Origin: Coriobacteriia bacterium
GTDB lineage: Bacteria; Actinomycetota; Coriobacteriia; Anaerosomatales; PALSA-660
Assembly: GCA_025361885.1 (NCBI GenBank)
Contig: JANYJF010000008.1
Span: 3,800 to 67,799 of the forward strand
Direction of reading: 5' to 3'
DNA length: 64,000 nucleotides
Numbering within the stretch: position 1 is the stretch's first letter; the number at the start of each line of letters is the position of its first letter. Below are positions 18,191 to 27,449 of this stretch, one piece after another. The notes below the pieces were generated by a model, which saw only the letters and a list, made by a program, of their open reading frames with translations, was not told the origin of the DNA and made no database searches. The position numbers and the translations under genes are program-made.

Positions 18191-19267
18191 CTAGTCGTCC
18201 TTCTCCACCTGGAAGCGCACGGAGATGCCCTCGCGGTCCACGGTGACGCGAGGCTCACCCTTGAGCTGCAGATAGTAGCGCTCAGCGATGTAGTCGAAGG
18301 CCCCCTCGAGTTCGCGCTTGAAAGCCGCTATGTCGGTGTGGTGGAGCTTGATGCCACGCCGGTCCTTGTAGATGTCGGGGCTCTTGGGCGCCGCGGGCTC
18401 GGGCGCGTCGATCACCATCTCCGCCACCCGGTCGAGCGCGGACAGGTCCCCGGCGAGCACGCGGTGCGCCGTGCGCTCAGACACCGGCAGGCCGATGGAG
18501 GTGGCCACGGCAACGAGCTCGTCCGCGTCAGCGGCGATGGCAGGGCGCTGCCACACCGGCAACTTGCCCGGGTCGTCGCAGAACATGAGCTGCGAGGTGT
18601 CGAGGCAGGCGTGCGCCAGCGAGTGCAGAGTGGCCACCACCTCAGTGGGCGTGCCGAGGTAGACATCGACTTCCGGGTGTTCGAGTGCGAACTCGACGAC
18701 GCCACGGATGATGTTGTGCGGGCCCCGGGCCACCTTCGACCGGCCGTCCTCCCCCGTCTCGACCGTGGGCCAGGCGGACTGGTCGGCGCGCTCGGCCAGC
18801 TTCGTCGTGTCGGAGACGATCGCCAGTGCCAGCCCGCGGTGCGAGTCGGATGCGACGACACGAGCCTCCTGGACGTTGCTGCGCACCGAAAAGAGCGCCA
18901 TGCCCCGGCCGTGCACGCCCCAGCGGTCCATGACCATGGTCTCAAGCTTCGATGTGACGCGCGGCTGGAAGATCGCCTCCTGCAGGTGCGTCGGCACGCC
19001 GACACCATCGTCCACGACGGTGAGGTGGCGCAGGTCGCCTTCGCGGGAGGTGGCCACGAATATGCGACGCGCGTGCGCGTCCCGGGAGTTGCGTAGCAGC
19101 TCGACCACGATGTCCTCGAAGCTGCGGATGTCGTGCTTGGCCTGCCTGCGCTCTGCCTCCGAGATCTTGAGGCGCACGAATCCGTCGCCCAGGTTCTCCT
19201 CGACCTTGACGTACTGGTCGCCGGAGACGGACGTGAGGAAGCCGAGCAAGGAGTCGTTGTCAGGCAT
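18191..19267 (-). CDS. orphan GHKL (Bergerat-fold) ATPase, MutL-N-terminal-like; C-terminal ~200 aa unassigned
   Basis: 358 aa. VELLRNSRDA (E-x3-N-x2-DA), VVDDGVGVP (DxGxG), VTSKL, GVHGRGMALFSV. By eye this aligns with only a 1-2 residue indel to the MutL block ELVENSLDA...DNGCGI...ATSKI...GFRGEALASI. Confidence 0.7.
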   Translation of the reverse strand: MPDNDSLLGFLTSVSGDQYVKVEENLGDGFVRLKISEAERRQAKHDIRSFEDIVVELLRNSRDAHARRIFVATSREGDLRHLTVVDDGVGVPTHLQEAIFQPRVTSKLETMVMDRWGVHGRGMALFSVRSNVQEARVVASDSHRGLALAIVSDTTKLAERADQSAWPTVETGEDGRSKVARGPHNIIRGVVEFALEHPEVDVYLGTPTEVVATLHSLAHACLDTSQLMFCDDPGKLPVWQRPAIAADADELVAVATSIGLPVSERTAHRVLAGDLSALDRVAEMVIDAPEPAAPKSPDIYKDRRGIKLHHTDIAAFKRELEGAFDYIAERYYLQLKGEPRVTVDREGISVRFQVEKDD

Positions 19268-19365
19268 GGATTCCAGTGTAGCGGCGCCGGCGCGGCGGCG
19301 GTAGGAGCAGCTCGGCTGCGTCCGCGGGTTCGCCGCGTGTCTCCCGGCACAAGTCCGGATGCGCG

Positions 19366-19391
19366 GAAGGCCGCCTCGAGGGGCGGCCTTC
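19366..19391 (-). terminator. stem-loop downstream of rny (10-bp perfect GC-rich stem, no clear U tract)
   Basis: GAAGGCCGCC-tcgagg-GGCGGCCTTC, about 40 nt after the rny stop. Confidence 0.5.
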
Positions 19392-19429
19392 GCTCGGCTG
19401 GTAGCCGACGATATCGTACATCGTGACGC

Positions 19430-20959
19430 TTACTTCGCGTAGTCGATCGCGCGGCTCTCGCGGATGACCATGACCTTGATCTGGCCCGGGTAGTCCATCT
19501 CCTCCTCGATCTGCTTCGCGATATCTCGCGCGAGCACGACCGAATCGGTGTCATTGATCAGGTCGGGCTTGACCATGACGCGGATCTCGCGACCGGCCTG
19601 CATCGCGTACACGCGCTCCACGCCCTTGTGGCTGGACGCGACCTCCTCAAGCTTCTCGAGTCGCTTGATGTAGCTTTCGATGGTCTCGCGGCGGGCGCCG
19701 GGACGCGATGCCGAGATGGCGTCGGCGGCCTGCACAAGCACGGCTTCGACCGTCTGCGCCTCAACGTCACCGTGGTGCGCCTCGATGCAGTGCAGGATCT
19801 CCTTGCCCTCGCCGAGACGCCTGGCCAGGTCGGTTCCGATCAGCGCGTGTGGACCTTCGATCTCGTGGTCGATGGCCTTGCCGATGTCGTGCAGCAGGCC
19901 GGCACGCTTCGCGAGCTTGATGTCGACGCCGAGCTCTGCGGCCATGACGCCGGCCAGGTAGCTGACCTCGAGCGAATGCTTCAGGACGTTCTGGCCATAC
20001 GAGGTACGGAACTTGAGGCGCCCGAGGGTGCGCACCAGCTCCGCGTGGAGCCCGTGGATCTGCGTCTCAAAGACCGCCTGCTCACCGGCCTCGCGGATCT
20101 GCTGGTCCACGAGCGTCTGGGCCTTGTTGAACATCTCTTCGATCCGGGCGGGGTGTATGCGACCGTCGGCCAGCAGGCTCTCCAGCGTCACGCGAGCGGT
20201 CTCGCGGCGGACCGGGTCGAAGCTGGACAGGATGACGGCCTCGGGGGTGTCGTCGATGATCAGGTTGATCCCGGTCATCTGCTCGAAGGCGCGGATGTTG
20301 CGACCCTCGCGCCCGATGATGCGGCCCTTCATGTCGTCGCTCGGGATGTGGACCACGGACACGGTCGATTCGGCGGTGTGGTCCGCCGCCACGCGCTGGA
20401 TCGCGATGCCGATGATGTTGCGCGCCTTCTTGTCGGCTTCCTCGCGGGCGCGGGCCTCAGAGTCGCGGATGTAGGCGGCCGCCTCATGCTTGACGTCGTC
20501 CTCGATGCGGCTGAAGAGCACGGACTTGGCCTCGTCGCCGGTCATGCCGGCCAGATGCTCGAGCCGAGTCTTCTCCTCGGCGATGGCATCCTCGAGGTCC
20601 TTGGCGCGCTTCTCTATCTGGCCCTGAGTGGACGACATCTGGTGCTCTCGCTTATCCAGACCCTCGGCGCGGCGCTCGATGGACTCCTCGCGCTGCATCA
20701 GTCGGGTCTCGAGGGCAGTGACTTCCTTACGGCGTTCCTTGGCCTCGGCCTCGGACTCGGACTTCAGGCGGTACGCCTCGTCCTTGGCTTCGAGCTTGGC
20801 TTCCTTGCGGAGCGTCTCCGCGTGCCTTTCGGCGTCTGCGACTATCCTCTCGGCTGATTCACGAGCTCGGTCGCCCTGGCTGTCGGACAACAGCTTGCGG
20901 GCGACGAAACCGAGGGCAGCCCCGACGACGATGGCTATGATCACGTATGCGAATACCAT
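19430..20959 (-). CDS. rny: ribonuclease Y
   Basis: N-terminal TM helix ([18 protein letters not shown]), a long coiled coil, a KH domain ([15 protein letters not shown]) and an HD domain (HSLEV...LHDIGK). The start was chosen at ATG 20959 because GGGAGGGG lies 7 nt upstream. Confidence 0.92.
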   Translation of the reverse strand: MVFAYVIIAIVVGAALGFVARKLLSDSQGDRARESAERIVADAERHAETLRKEAKLEAKDEAYRLKSESEAEAKERRKEVTALETRLMQREESIERRAEGLDKREHQMSSTQGQIEKRAKDLEDAIAEEKTRLEHLAGMTGDEAKSVLFSRIEDDVKHEAAAYIRDSEARAREEADKKARNIIGIAIQRVAADHTAESTVSVVHIPSDDMKGRIIGREGRNIRAFEQMTGINLIIDDTPEAVILSSFDPVRRETARVTLESLLADGRIHPARIEEMFNKAQTLVDQQIREAGEQAVFETQIHGLHAELVRTLGRLKFRTSYGQNVLKHSLEVSYLAGVMAAELGVDIKLAKRAGLLHDIGKAIDHEIEGPHALIGTDLARRLGEGKEILHCIEAHHGDVEAQTVEAVLVQAADAISASRPGARRETIESYIKRLEKLEEVASSHKGVERVYAMQAGREIRVMVKPDLINDTDSVVLARDIAKQIEEEMDYPGQIKVMVIRESRAIDYAK

Positions 20960-21209
20960 CTTCGGGCCCCTCCCTTCGAACATAGACGATCATGCTGTGG
21001 CGTATGCGGCGCCGAGGGGCCTGACACAAGAAGTCCGGACGTCTCGGCGTCCGGCAAAGGCGACCCTTCATCGCAGGGATCGACCCCGGATGGCTAACGT
21101 CGAATAGGACGCGAAGCGTCCTCGAAGCTGCCGGTCGTGCGGGTCGTACCATACGAACACCGCGTGCGCGCTCGCGCGCAGGGGCGGTGGGATCACATTT
21201 GCCGCCGTC

Positions 21210-21239
21210 ATCATAGGGCGGCGAGGCTGCCAGCGTCAA
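21210..21239 (-). promoter_or_regulatory. candidate sigma-70-type promoter for rny (TTGACG-18 nt-TATGAT)
   Basis: -35 at 21234-21239 and -10 at 21210-21215 on the minus strand. This would give a leader of about 240 nt. Confidence 0.45.
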
Positions 21240-21247
21240 GACATAGC

Positions 21248-21266
21248 AGCCCTTGCCAGCAGGGCT
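21248..21266 (-). terminator. small stem-loop at the recX stop
   Basis: AGCCCT-7 nt-AGGGCT, overlapping the stop codon. Confidence 0.35.
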
Positions 21267-21940
21267 CAGTCGCCGGATTCCTGCAGGTAGGAAGGGTCGT
21301 CGACGTGGGCGAGCGCATCTACGGCGTCGCGGGCGGCACGCAGTGAGACACCCGTCGGGAATCCCTTTCGAACGAGGCGCGAAGCAACCCGGTCCACGCT
21401 GCCTCCGAGGCGTGCTGCCAGTCTGGCGGCCATCTCGCGGGCGTGACGTTCGTCGTCGGACACGGAGACGAGCTCATCGACCGCCGCTGCGGCGAGGTCG
21501 GGGTGGACTCCCTTGGCGGCGAGGTCCCAGAGCACTCTCCTGCGGCCCAGGCCGCGGATCTCGAGAAGCTGCCACGCAAGAGCATGCGCGAAGCGTTCGT
21601 CGTCGACGAGTCCCGATGCTTCGAGATCTGCGGAGACTCCACGTGCGACCTCGTCGGGGTAGCCGTCCCGCGTGAGCTTCTCGACCAGCTCCGAGACGCT
21701 GCGCTCGCGGCAGTTGAGCAGCCGAAGGGCTTTGGCACGCGCGAGGACGGGTTCGGCCTCGTCGATATCGCGGGCCAGGTCCTCACGCGGCGCGATGTGG
21801 CCCACGCGTATCCCGAGGTCCGTGAGCACCTCAGCGGAGGTCGCGCGCCAGTCATCGCTGTCGAGAACGACGACACGCCGACGGGTGCCGGCGGGTCGCT
21901 TCTTTATGTCGGTGACGAGTGCCATGGGCGGGCGCGCCAT
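21266..21940 (-). CDS. recX: recombination regulator RecX
   Basis: Lies immediately downstream of recA. It has repeated three-helix modules (..RALRLLNCRERSVSELVEKL.., ..ERFAHALAWQLL..). The start is ATG 21940 or 21925. Confidence 0.8.
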   Translation of the reverse strand: MARPPMALVTDIKKRPAGTRRRVVVLDSDDWRATSAEVLTDLGIRVGHIAPREDLARDIDEAEPVLARAKALRLLNCRERSVSELVEKLTRDGYPDEVARGVSADLEASGLVDDERFAHALAWQLLEIRGLGRRRVLWDLAAKGVHPDLAAAAVDELVSVSDDERHAREMAARLAARLGGSVDRVASRLVRKGFPTGVSLRAARDAVDALAHVDDPSYLQESGD

Positions 21941-21956
21941 TCTTCCGCGTCGGCTG

Positions 21957-23042
21957 CTACTTGGCCATCGCGGTAGTCTTCGGCGGAGCCTTGGCGGGAG
22001 CCACATCCTCCGCGGCTGCCTTCGGGGACATGCCCTGTACGGGCAGGCCGAGGCGCTCGCGGATGATGATCTCGAGGGCATCACGCAGGTCAGGATGTTC
22101 CTTGAGGTAATCCTTGGCTGCCTCGCGTCCCTGACCGAGGCGCTCCTCGCCGTAGTTGTACCAGGCGCCGGACTTTGCCACGACGCCTTCCTCGACGCCC
22201 AGGTCCAGCAGGCTGCCTTCCTTGGAGATGCCCTCGCCGAACACGATGTCGAACTCCGCCTGGCGGAACGGCGGCGCGACCTTGTTCTTGACGACCTTGG
22301 CGCGTACTCGGTTACCGACGATGTCGGTGCCCTGCTTGATCGAGTCGATACGGCGGATGTCGATCCGGATGGACGCATAGAACTTGAGCGCACGCCCGCC
22401 CGACGTGGTCTCGGGGCTACCGAACATGACACCGATCTTCTCGCGCAGCTGGTTTATGAAGATGCACGTGGTGTCGGACTTGGACAACGAACCCGCGAGC
22501 TTGCGAAGGGCCTGGCTCATCAGGCGAGCTTGCAGGCCGACCGTGACGTCGCCCATCTCACCTTCGAGTTCGGCGCGCGGCACGAGGGCCGCCACGGAGT
22601 CGATCACGATGACGTCGATGGCGCCGCTGCGCACGAGCATGTCGGTGATCTCGAGGGCCTGCTCACCGGTGTCCGGTTGGGAGATGAGGACGTCGTCGAT
22701 GTCGACTCCGAGCTTGGCCGCGTACGCGGGGTCCAGGGCGTGCTCCGCGTCGATGAACGCGGCGATGCCGCCGCCACGCTGAGCCTCGGCGACGATCTGC
22801 AGCGCCAGTGTCGTCTTGCCCGATGACTCCGGCCCGTATATCTCGACGATCCTTCCCCGCGGGACGCCGCCGATGCCGAGCGCCGCGTCGAGTGCGAGCG
22901 CCCCCGTCGGGATCGCGGGCATGGAGCCGATGTTGGCGCGATCGCCGAGGCGCATCAGCGAGCCCTTGCCGAACTTGCGCTCGACCTGTTCCTTGGTGAG
23001 TTCGAGTACCTTGTCGATCTTCTCGCGCTCTACACTGCTCAC
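21957..23042 (-). CDS. recA: recombinase RecA
   Basis: [12 protein letters not shown] Walker [11 protein letters not shown]1/L2 loops; 361 aa; GTG start with AAGGAG upstream. Confidence 0.97.
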   Translation of the reverse strand: MSSVEREKIDKVLELTKEQVERKFGKGSLMRLGDRANIGSMPAIPTGALALDAALGIGGVPRGRIVEIYGPESSGKTTLALQIVAEAQRGGGIAAFIDAEHALDPAYAAKLGVDIDDVLISQPDTGEQALEITDMLVRSGAIDVIVIDSVAALVPRAELEGEMGDVTVGLQARLMSQALRKLAGSLSKSDTTCIFINQLREKIGVMFGSPETTSGGRALKFYASIRIDIRRIDSIKQGTDIVGNRVRAKVVKNKVAPPFRQAEFDIVFGEGISKEGSLLDLGVEEGVVAKSGAWYNYGEERLGQGREAAKDYLKEHPDLRDALEIIIRERLGLPVQGMSPKAAAEDVAPAKAPPKTTAMAK

Positions 23043-23100
23043 GACTTCAAAGCTCCTTCTTGTCAGCGGGAGACCCCGTCAAGGTCACACCGAACCTACA

Positions 23101-23114
23101 CGAACGTACGTTCG
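23101..23114. promoter_or_regulatory. LexA/SOS box upstream of recA
   Basis: CGAACGTACGTTCG is a perfect GAAC-N4-GTTC palindrome (Gram-positive/actinobacterial SOS box). It lies about 60 nt upstream of the recA start. Confidence 0.7.
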
Positions 23115-23117
23115 CTG

Positions 23118-23714
23118 TCAACGCCCCGAGAGCGGTATCACCCCGAGTTCCCGGTACATCGGTCCTGCGGGACCCAGTGTGCTCGCGAAGAGCGTAACCG
23201 ACGGCACTGACATCGCCCTCGCGCCGGCTCTCGCAGGGTCATGGAGGACGGCTGACGCGGCGTCGAGCGCCGGCGAGGATGCGACTCGCGGGCGGCGGGC
23301 CCTCACGAGCGTGACGTGCGGCCGGAAGGAGCGTGCGTCCCGGGCCAGTCCGAGCAGCTCCTCGAGCACGCCTTCCAGGCCGGATGCCAGCAGCTGGCAT
23401 CGCTCGGTCTCACCGCCCGCGAGCGTCCACAGCATCGACGCCCTGCGCTGTGACGGCACGGCGCGAACATCCGACAGCTCGAGATGCAGCCGGGTGTGAC
23501 GGGCGCCCTCTTCGCGCAACGCTTCGAGCACCGGTGCGAGTGCGGGACCCGGGAGCGCGCCGATGAACTTGACGGTGATGTGCAGCAGTCTAGGATCGAC
23601 CCACTTCTCCCCCGCCCATGCCGGCGAGGTCACCCTGAATGCGGCACAGGAATCGCGAAGCAGTGCTCGCGAAGAGTCCGGCAGCGTCAACGCCAAGAAG
23701 GTTCGAGAAGGCAC
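23118..23714 (-). CDS. thpR: RNA 2',3'-cyclic phosphodiesterase / 2'-5' RNA ligase family (2H phosphoesterase)
   Basis: Two H-x-T motifs (LHITVKF, PHVTLVR); 198 aa. Confidence 0.8.
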   Translation of the reverse strand: MPSRTFLALTLPDSSRALLRDSCAAFRVTSPAWAGEKWVDPRLLHITVKFIGALPGPALAPVLEALREEGARHTRLHLELSDVRAVPSQRRASMLWTLAGGETERCQLLASGLEGVLEELLGLARDARSFRPHVTLVRARRPRVASSPALDAASAVLHDPARAGARAMSVPSVTLFASTLGPAGPMYRELGVIPLSGR

Positions 23715-23724
23715 GGCGGACCGC

Positions 23725-24960
23725 TCAGGCGTTCAGAGCGCGCCGGAGCGAGTCGAGCGCCGTCACGGTCGAGCGCTCGCGGACCGCATCACGATCTCCC
23801 GGGAGGGACCGCATGAACGCCGTGGTGCCTTCAGGCGCGGCCAGGCTGAACCAGACCGTCCCCACGGGCTTGCCGGGTGTGCCGCCGCCCGGTCCCGCGA
23901 CGCCCGTGATCGCGCATGCGTGCGTGGCGCCTGTGATGTGCCTGACGCCCTCCGCCATCGCGCGCGCGACTTCCTCGCTCACCGCGCCGAAGTGCGCGAG
24001 CATGCCCTCCGGCACGTCCAGAACGCCGCACTTGACTCTGTCCGCGTAGGAGACCACTCCACCCAAGAAGACGTCGGAGGCACCGGGGATGTCGGTCAGT
24101 GAGGCCGCCACGAGCCCCCCGGTGCAGGACTCGGCGAGCGCCAGGGTCGCTCCCCGAGCCCGCGCGAGCGCAAGGACCGTCTCGGGCAGAGTGGAACCGT
24201 CGGTCGAGTACACCGCGTCGCCGAGACGCGACGCGATGGCCTCGCCGGCCACACGGAGCTGGTCCGACGTCGCACCGCGCCCGAACAGGATCACGCGGAC
24301 GTCCCCGAGCTTGGCCAGCACCGTCAGCCGGATGTCTTCGCGATCGCCCAGCAGGTCGGAGGCGACCAGTTGGACGTCCGACTCCGACATCCCGCTCGTT
24401 CGAACCACGTAGGGCTGCGGCGCTTCGCCGGCGAGATCGGCCACGAGCGACGCGAGCATCGGCCTCATCTCTCGCGGCGGCCCCGGCAGCAAGACGAGCA
24501 TGCCGCGCGGCGTCGGAACGACCTGGCCGGGAGCCGACCCCTTCACCGCCGGGATCACCCGCGCCCCGTTCAGGATGTCCGCCTGCGCGAGGAGCAGTTC
24601 GCTCGCCCTGGAGTCAGTGTGCCTCAAGACGGACGCGCGCAGGCGCTCCACGATGGAGGCATCGCGAGAGCACGCCAGACCGAGGGCCTCACAGGCCGCC
24701 TCGCGGGTGATGTCATCGTGGGTGGGTCCGAGGCCTCCGGTCACGATAACGACGTCGTGCGAGGCCACCAGACGCCGCAGCGTGTCGGCTAGCAGGTCGA
24801 TGTCGTCGCCTATGCTGACCGCTTCGCGCACCTCCACCACGGCGCCGGCGAGTGCCAGCGCGATCTCCGCGGTATTGGTGTCGATCGCGATCCCGGACAC
24901 GAGCTCCGTGCCGACGGTGACAACGGCCGCCGTGGCCGGCCTGCCCGCCGCGGGTCTCAT
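23725..24960 (-). CDS. cinA: CinA family protein (MoCF-binding domain + nicotinamide-nucleotide amidohydrolase PncC domain)
   Basis: The start was reset to MRPAAGRPATAAVVTVGTELVSG (ATGA overlap with the pgsA stop). The C-terminal part reads ESCTGGL...GVAGPGGG. Confidence 0.85.
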   Translation of the reverse strand: MRPAAGRPATAAVVTVGTELVSGIAIDTNTAEIALALAGAVVEVREAVSIGDDIDLLADTLRRLVASHDVVIVTGGLGPTHDDITREAACEALGLACSRDASIVERLRASVLRHTDSRASELLLAQADILNGARVIPAVKGSAPGQVVPTPRGMLVLLPGPPREMRPMLASLVADLAGEAPQPYVVRTSGMSESDVQLVASDLLGDREDIRLTVLAKLGDVRVILFGRGATSDQLRVAGEAIASRLGDAVYSTDGSTLPETVLALARARGATLALAESCTGGLVAASLTDIPGASDVFLGGVVSYADRVKCGVLDVPEGMLAHFGAVSEEVARAMAEGVRHITGATHACAITGVAGPGGGTPGKPVGTVWFSLAAPEGTTAFMRSLPGDRDAVRERSTVTALDSLRRALNA

Positions 24961-25571
24961 CGCGTCGCTCCCGGGTCGCCGCTGGACCATGGCCCGGTGA
25001 TGATGTGCCGCGCATGGTAGAAGTAGTCCACCGCGGAGACCACCGTGAGCACGAGAGCGATTCCCATGAGGAACCATGCGGTGGCGGATGCGGCTGAGGC
25101 CCACGACGCCGGCACCATCGTCGATTCGCGCAGGATGAAAGCGATGATCGCGACGATCTGGAAGAACGTCTTGACCTTGCCGTAGTTGGAGGCGGCGATC
25201 ACGCGTCCTTCGGCCACGGCAACCATGCGAAGGCCCGACACGATGAGCTCGCGGCTGATGATCACGATCGCGACCCACCCGGGGACGGCGGCGAGCTGCA
25301 CGAGTCCCACAAGGGCCGCCGTGACGAGCAGCTTGTCTGCCAGGGGGTCCAGGAACTTGCCGAACGTGGTGACCTCGTTGCGCGCGCGCGCCACATAGCC
25401 GTCGACCGCGTCGGTGGCGGCGAGGACCGTGAACACAGCTGCGGCGAGCCACGGGCGCCATATGACCCAGGCCTGCGTGTTCCCGAACTGTCCGAGCAGG
25501 AACACGAGGAACACCGGGATGAACGTCATCCGCACGATGGTGATCCAGTTCGCGAGGCCGATGCGCTTCAC
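24957..25571 (-). CDS. pgsA: CDP-diacylglycerol-glycerol-3-phosphate 3-phosphatidyltransferase (CDP-alcohol phosphatidyltransferase family)
   Basis: DAVDGYVARARNEVTTFGKFLDPLADK motif. GTGA overlap with the rimO stop. Confidence 0.85.
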   Translation of the reverse strand: MKRIGLANWITIVRMTFIPVFLVFLLGQFGNTQAWVIWRPWLAAAVFTVLAATDAVDGYVARARNEVTTFGKFLDPLADKLLVTAALVGLVQLAAVPGWVAIVIISRELIVSGLRMVAVAEGRVIAASNYGKVKTFFQIVAIIAFILRESTMVPASWASAASATAWFLMGIALVLTVVSAVDYFYHARHIITGPWSSGDPGATR

Positions 25572-26875
25572 GAAAGCACCTCCCCCACGAGCTCGTATCC
25601 CAGCGTGTCGACGACGTGCACGTGCGCTATGGAACCCTCGGGGAGCGGGCGGTCCAGCAACACGGCGCCGTCGACCTCGGGAGCCTGACCGCGGTGCCGC
25701 GCGATGGGTCCCTCTTCGGGGTCGTCGGGGATGTCGACGAGCACTTCGAGCGTGGCACCGACGTACTCCGTGGCCTTGTCGAAGCCGACCTCATCGGCGA
25801 TGTCGCGAAGGCGCTGTACACGGGCGCGCTTCGTGCGCGCGGAGACCTGGTCGGGCATCGACGCCGCGGGGGTGCCTTCCTCGCGCGAGAACGGGAAGAC
25901 GCCCACGTAGTCGAGGCGCGCTTGGCGGACGAAGTCCTCGAGCTTCTTCGCGTCGGAACGTGTCTCACCGGGGAAGCCGGCGATCAGAGTCGTGCGAAGG
26001 CACACGTCCGGCATGAAGTCGCGGATGATGCCGATGAGCCGCAGGTACTCCTCCCCGTTCCCCGAGCGGGACATGCGGTGCAACACAGAGGCAGACGCGT
26101 GCTGGAGCGGCATGTCGAGGTAGTGGCACACGGTCGGCTCGGTCGACATGGTCTCCAGCAACTCCGGTGTGATGCCGTCCGGCTGGACGTACATGAGCCT
26201 CAGCCACGCGAGGCCCTCCACGTGCGCCACCGAGCGAACCACGTCGGAGAGCGAGGGGGCGCCGACACCGAGGTCTCGGCCGTAGGCCGAGATATCCTGA
26301 CCGATCAGAATGAGTTCCTTCACGCCGCCCTCGACCAGGAAGCGCGCCTCCGCCAGTAGATCGTCGAGAGCGCGGCTGCGATACGGACCACGGATCGCGG
26401 GAATCGTGCAGAACGCGCAGCGCCTGTGGCACCCGTCGGAGATCATGAGATACGCCGAGGGACCAGTGACCGTGCGCTGGATCCCCGGGGAGCTCTTCAC
26501 GCCAGCTCCCGACACGCCGGTCAGCCTAGCGATGACCTCGCGGAGCGTGCGCTCGCCGGTCACGGGCACGAACGCGTCCACCTCGGGCATCTCGCCGGCC
26601 AATTCATCGCCGTAGCGCGACGGCATGCAGCCGGCGACGACCAGGGAGCGGCCCTGGCGCTCGGTCTTCCAGCCCTGGCCGAGCTCCAGTATCGCCGCGA
26701 TCGATTCCTGGGTGGCCTCGCGGATGAAGGAGCACGTGTTGACCACCGCTACGTCGGCGTCGTCCAAGGAGTCGACCACATCGAAGGACGCGCCGAGGGA
26801 GGCTCGCATCCGGTCGGAGTCGACTTCGTTCTTGGGGCAGCCGAGTGTGACGAAGGCCACGGTGGGGCGGCTCAT
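25568..26875 (-). CDS. rimO: ribosomal protein S12 methylthiotransferase
   Basis: The start was reset to MSRPTVAFVTLGCPKNEVDSDRM. Radical-SAM motif CHRRCAFC, followed by a TRAM-like C-terminus. Confidence 0.85.
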   Translation of the reverse strand: MSRPTVAFVTLGCPKNEVDSDRMRASLGASFDVVDSLDDADVAVVNTCSFIREATQESIAAILELGQGWKTERQGRSLVVAGCMPSRYGDELAGEMPEVDAFVPVTGERTLREVIARLTGVSGAGVKSSPGIQRTVTGPSAYLMISDGCHRRCAFCTIPAIRGPYRSRALDDLLAEARFLVEGGVKELILIGQDISAYGRDLGVGAPSLSDVVRSVAHVEGLAWLRLMYVQPDGITPELLETMSTEPTVCHYLDMPLQHASASVLHRMSRSGNGEEYLRLIGIIRDFMPDVCLRTTLIAGFPGETRSDAKKLEDFVRQARLDYVGVFPFSREEGTPAASMPDQVSARTKRARVQRLRDIADEVGFDKATEYVGATLEVLVDIPDDPEEGPIARHRGQAPEVDGAVLLDRPLPEGSIAHVHVVDTLGYELVGEVLS

Positions 26876-26891
26876 GCTCGTCGCCCGCCGT

Positions 26892-27398
26892 CTACCGGCG
26901 GTTGTTGAACTGGAGCGGGATGCCGTAGTCGTTGGCCTTGACGAACGCGATGACGGCTTGGAGGTCGTCGCGGCTGGCGGAGAACACGCGCAGCTTCTCA
27001 CCCTCGATCTGGACCTTGACCTTGAACTTCTCGTCGCGGATCTCTTTGTTGATGCGACGGGCGAGGTCGGCCTCGATGCCGTCGACGATCGTCGCTACCT
27101 GTCGGATCGAGCTGCCACTAGCTGTCTCGGCCTTGCCCCACGACAGCGCCTTCAGGTCGATGTTGCGCCTGACGAGCTTGGAACCCAGCACGTCGATGAC
27201 CTGCTTGGCCACGAAGTCGCTCGGCGCCTTGAGGGTGATCTTGGCCTCGTGCTTGTCCAGTTCGATGGACGCGCCCGTGTCCTTGAGGTCATAGCGCTGC
27301 ACCAGCTCCTTGGCTGCCTGCTGCACTGCGTTGTCGACCTCCTGCATGTCGACTTCCGAGACGATATCGAAGCTCTGGTCCTTCGCCACGATGGGCAC
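26892..27398 (-). CDS. yajQ: YajQ family nucleotide (c-di-GMP)-binding protein
   Basis: MPIVAKDQSFDIVSEVDMQEVDNAV... is collinear with E. coli YajQ. Confidence 0.85.
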   Translation of the reverse strand: MPIVAKDQSFDIVSEVDMQEVDNAVQQAAKELVQRYDLKDTGASIELDKHEAKITLKAPSDFVAKQVIDVLGSKLVRRNIDLKALSWGKAETASGSSIRQVATIVDGIEADLARRINKEIRDEKFKVKVQIEGEKLRVFSASRDDLQAVIAFVKANDYGIPLQFNNRR

Positions 27399-27449
27399 CT
27401 CCTGGAGTATCCGCCGCGGACGATACTCTCGCTCCGGGCTATGGGTCGG

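Noticed and set aside
18191-19267. The GHKL protein as a sensor histidine kinase.
   Set aside because: There is no DHp domain: only ~15 residues separate the single KHDIRS-like His from the N-box. There is no TM or PAS sensor and no adjacent response regulator. The ATP-lid motifs (TSK, GxRGxA) resemble MutL/GHL rather than the HK G1/F/G2 boxes.
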